Origin: Haplodiscus bocki
Taxonomy: Eukaryota
NCBI GenBank assembly: GCA_965655095.1
Contig: OZ296648.1
Location: forward strand, 148,676,001 to 148,740,000
Length of the DNA stretch: 64,000 nucleotides
Reading direction: 5' to 3'
Below the pieces are notes generated by a model. The model made no database searches and was not told the origin of the DNA. It saw only the letters and a program-made list of their open reading frames with translations. A program made the position numbers and the translations under genes. Shown here in pieces: positions 62,245 through 64,000 of the stretch; position 1 is the stretch's first letter, and the number at the start of each line of letters is the position of its first letter.

Positions 62245-64000
62245 AAGCCTTCAAAAGAACTATCGCACGCAAGTCAAGACTCAGTTGACTCCAGTGATAA
62301 TGCAGTCTCAACAGAGACGCCTAATAATTCCCAAACGTTGGCTTTCCTCGCATCAGCACAGAGAGCCGACCCAGCATTGAAGAATCTTTTTCAATGGGTC
62401 ACACGCGGTACACCACCAAGTACCCACGGGTTACAAGGACTTTCACGAGCAACATGGCAATTGGTCAACGAATTCCGAAGTCTGACGATCGTCAACGACG
62501 TTCTATGTAGATAGTTCGTCCACAAAAAACGTCCATCGTACTTTCAACAACTCTTACCTGCGTCATTAGTACCCCAAATCCTGAATTAAATCCACTCATC
62601 GACCACTGGAGGTGACCTAGGAATATTCAAGACTGTGGAAAAAGTCCGTGAACGTTTCTACTGCCATGGCTTCCAGGAGGATGTGAAGTTTTTCATCAAT
62701 TGTTGTGAACAATGCCAGAAAAGAGCCAACCCACCCAAGACCCATCGACATTCTTTGGTCGAATGGACCCCCAAGCTACCCGTTTCGTCATATTGGCATT
62801 GATTTTATGGGTCCCTTACCATTGTCGAACGGTAATCAACACATTCTTTTAATTAGCGATCATTTCTCGAAGTGGTACGAAGCAATCTCACTTCCCGACC
62901 AAACTGCTTCTACCACAGTTACGGCTCTTCTTGAAAATTGGATCTGTCGATTCGGATGTCCCCACAGTGTCCATAGCGACCAAGGTCGTAACTTCGAATC
63001 AAAACTATTCAAAAGTCTGAATCAGGCTTTGCAGGTCGACAAGACCCGAACAACAGCCTTCCGGCCCCAGTCAAACGCGGTTGTGGAACGAATGAACCGT
63101 ACGTTGCAATCAATGCTTGCCAAATGCATCAACGATGAACAAAGTAACTGGTCACAACAGTTACCGTATGTCATGATGGCATATCGTACCTCGGTTCATG
63201 AATCTACAGGGTACACTCCACATTTCCTTGTCTACGGACAGGAAGTCTGCCTTCCTATTGATTTCATGTACCCAAATCCGAGTGATCTACCCCCAGCCGA
63301 CATCCATGAATTTGTGTCTGCCCGACAAGTCAGATTTCAAAAGGCGTACGATTCGGCTAGTACAGCCCTGAATTTCAATCAGCGACGCAGGAACGCCATT
63401 TACAATCGAAAGGTCCACGGACCCACCTACCAAGTTGATCAAAAAGTCTTATTACACAACCCTGTTGTCCCAGTTGGAAAGTCACCAAAGTTCTTTAGCC
63501 CATGGAAAGGTCCATATGTCATTTTTCAATGCCTTAATGATGTGACCTGCAGCATTCAAGAAATTGCAACTCAAAAGGAACTTGTTGTTCATTATGACCG
63601 ACTGAAGTTATTCCATGAACTCCCATCGACCTCGAATGTACCAACGCGTGATAAAAGAAATCCGAAAAACATATCTCAACCAAAATCTCAGCAACAAGAA
63701 CCATCATTTCCCGAGTACGACCACGATCAATGCACCTGGTATTAACCGTACCATACCGTCCCCTTCAGCAACCACTTGTTCTCGCGCCATTGCTTGCACA
63801 ACCCCGCCTGCTACGCCTGCACCAGCAACTACTCCAGTTGGTTCCCCCAAATCTGTACTACCGAGTCCCTCTTCTTCCTATTCTGGAGCTACAGCACCCT
63901 ATAGCCATGGCTCTCCCGGCACACCGAAGACAACCACTTCTCTCCGTTCGGGCACACCTACACCTGAACCTCAAACATCTGCAGAATCACCGGCTCACTC

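Larger units (their letters stand above)
59455..63745 (+). pseudogene. pol: pol: PR, RT, RNase H, macrodomain, integrase
   Basis: CDSGAS; LRLVIDYR, IDMSWGFYQ, MPMGL, YLDD (~60929); YTDAS..RELL..TDH..HADGLSR; IGIDFMGP, HSDQGRNF, NAVVER, WKGPY. Contains frameshifts and stops. Confidence 0.95.
56197..64000 (+). mobile_element. Ty3/Gypsy LTR retrotransposon with a macrodomain in Pol (runs off the window)
   Basis: PBS, gag, slippery site, then PR, RT, RNase H, macrodomain, integrase. Confidence 0.93.

Overview
Eukaryotic, AT-rich, probably invertebrate-animal DNA made almost entirely of nested, decayed mobile and viral elements; no intact host gene is visible. (1) 1-9630, minus strand: a heavily decayed intronless reading frame with methyltransferase, SF1 helicase and RdRp motifs in the order seen in alphavirus-like (+)ssRNA viruses, i.e. 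a probable near-genome-length endogenous viral element. (2) About 11.3-18.0 kb: an old LTR element with a gag remnant and no recognisable pol. (3) 22795-41390: an 18.6-kb Ty3/Gypsy LTR element with a CTCA target-site duplication and a 2.85-kb 5' LTR. It carries a membrane-peptide ORF and three tandem paralogous ORFs before gag, gag/-1 frameshift/pol with the RT core deleted, an antisense ORF, an unknown ORF, a class III (chuvirus G/herpes gB-like) env and a captured coiled-coil + TRAF/MATH domain. (4) Probable solo LTRs with an ORF inside them, hAT remnants and MITEs. (5) About 44-56 kb: Polinton/Maverick remnants (two pPolB, ATPase, integrase). (6) From 57.1 kb to the window end: a second Gypsy element whose Pol has a TARG1/OARD1-type macrodomain between RNase H and integrase. 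The strongest candidate for an undescribed system is the enveloped retroelement with a TRAF domain and multiple accessory ORFs. All calls come from manual motif reading, not database searches.
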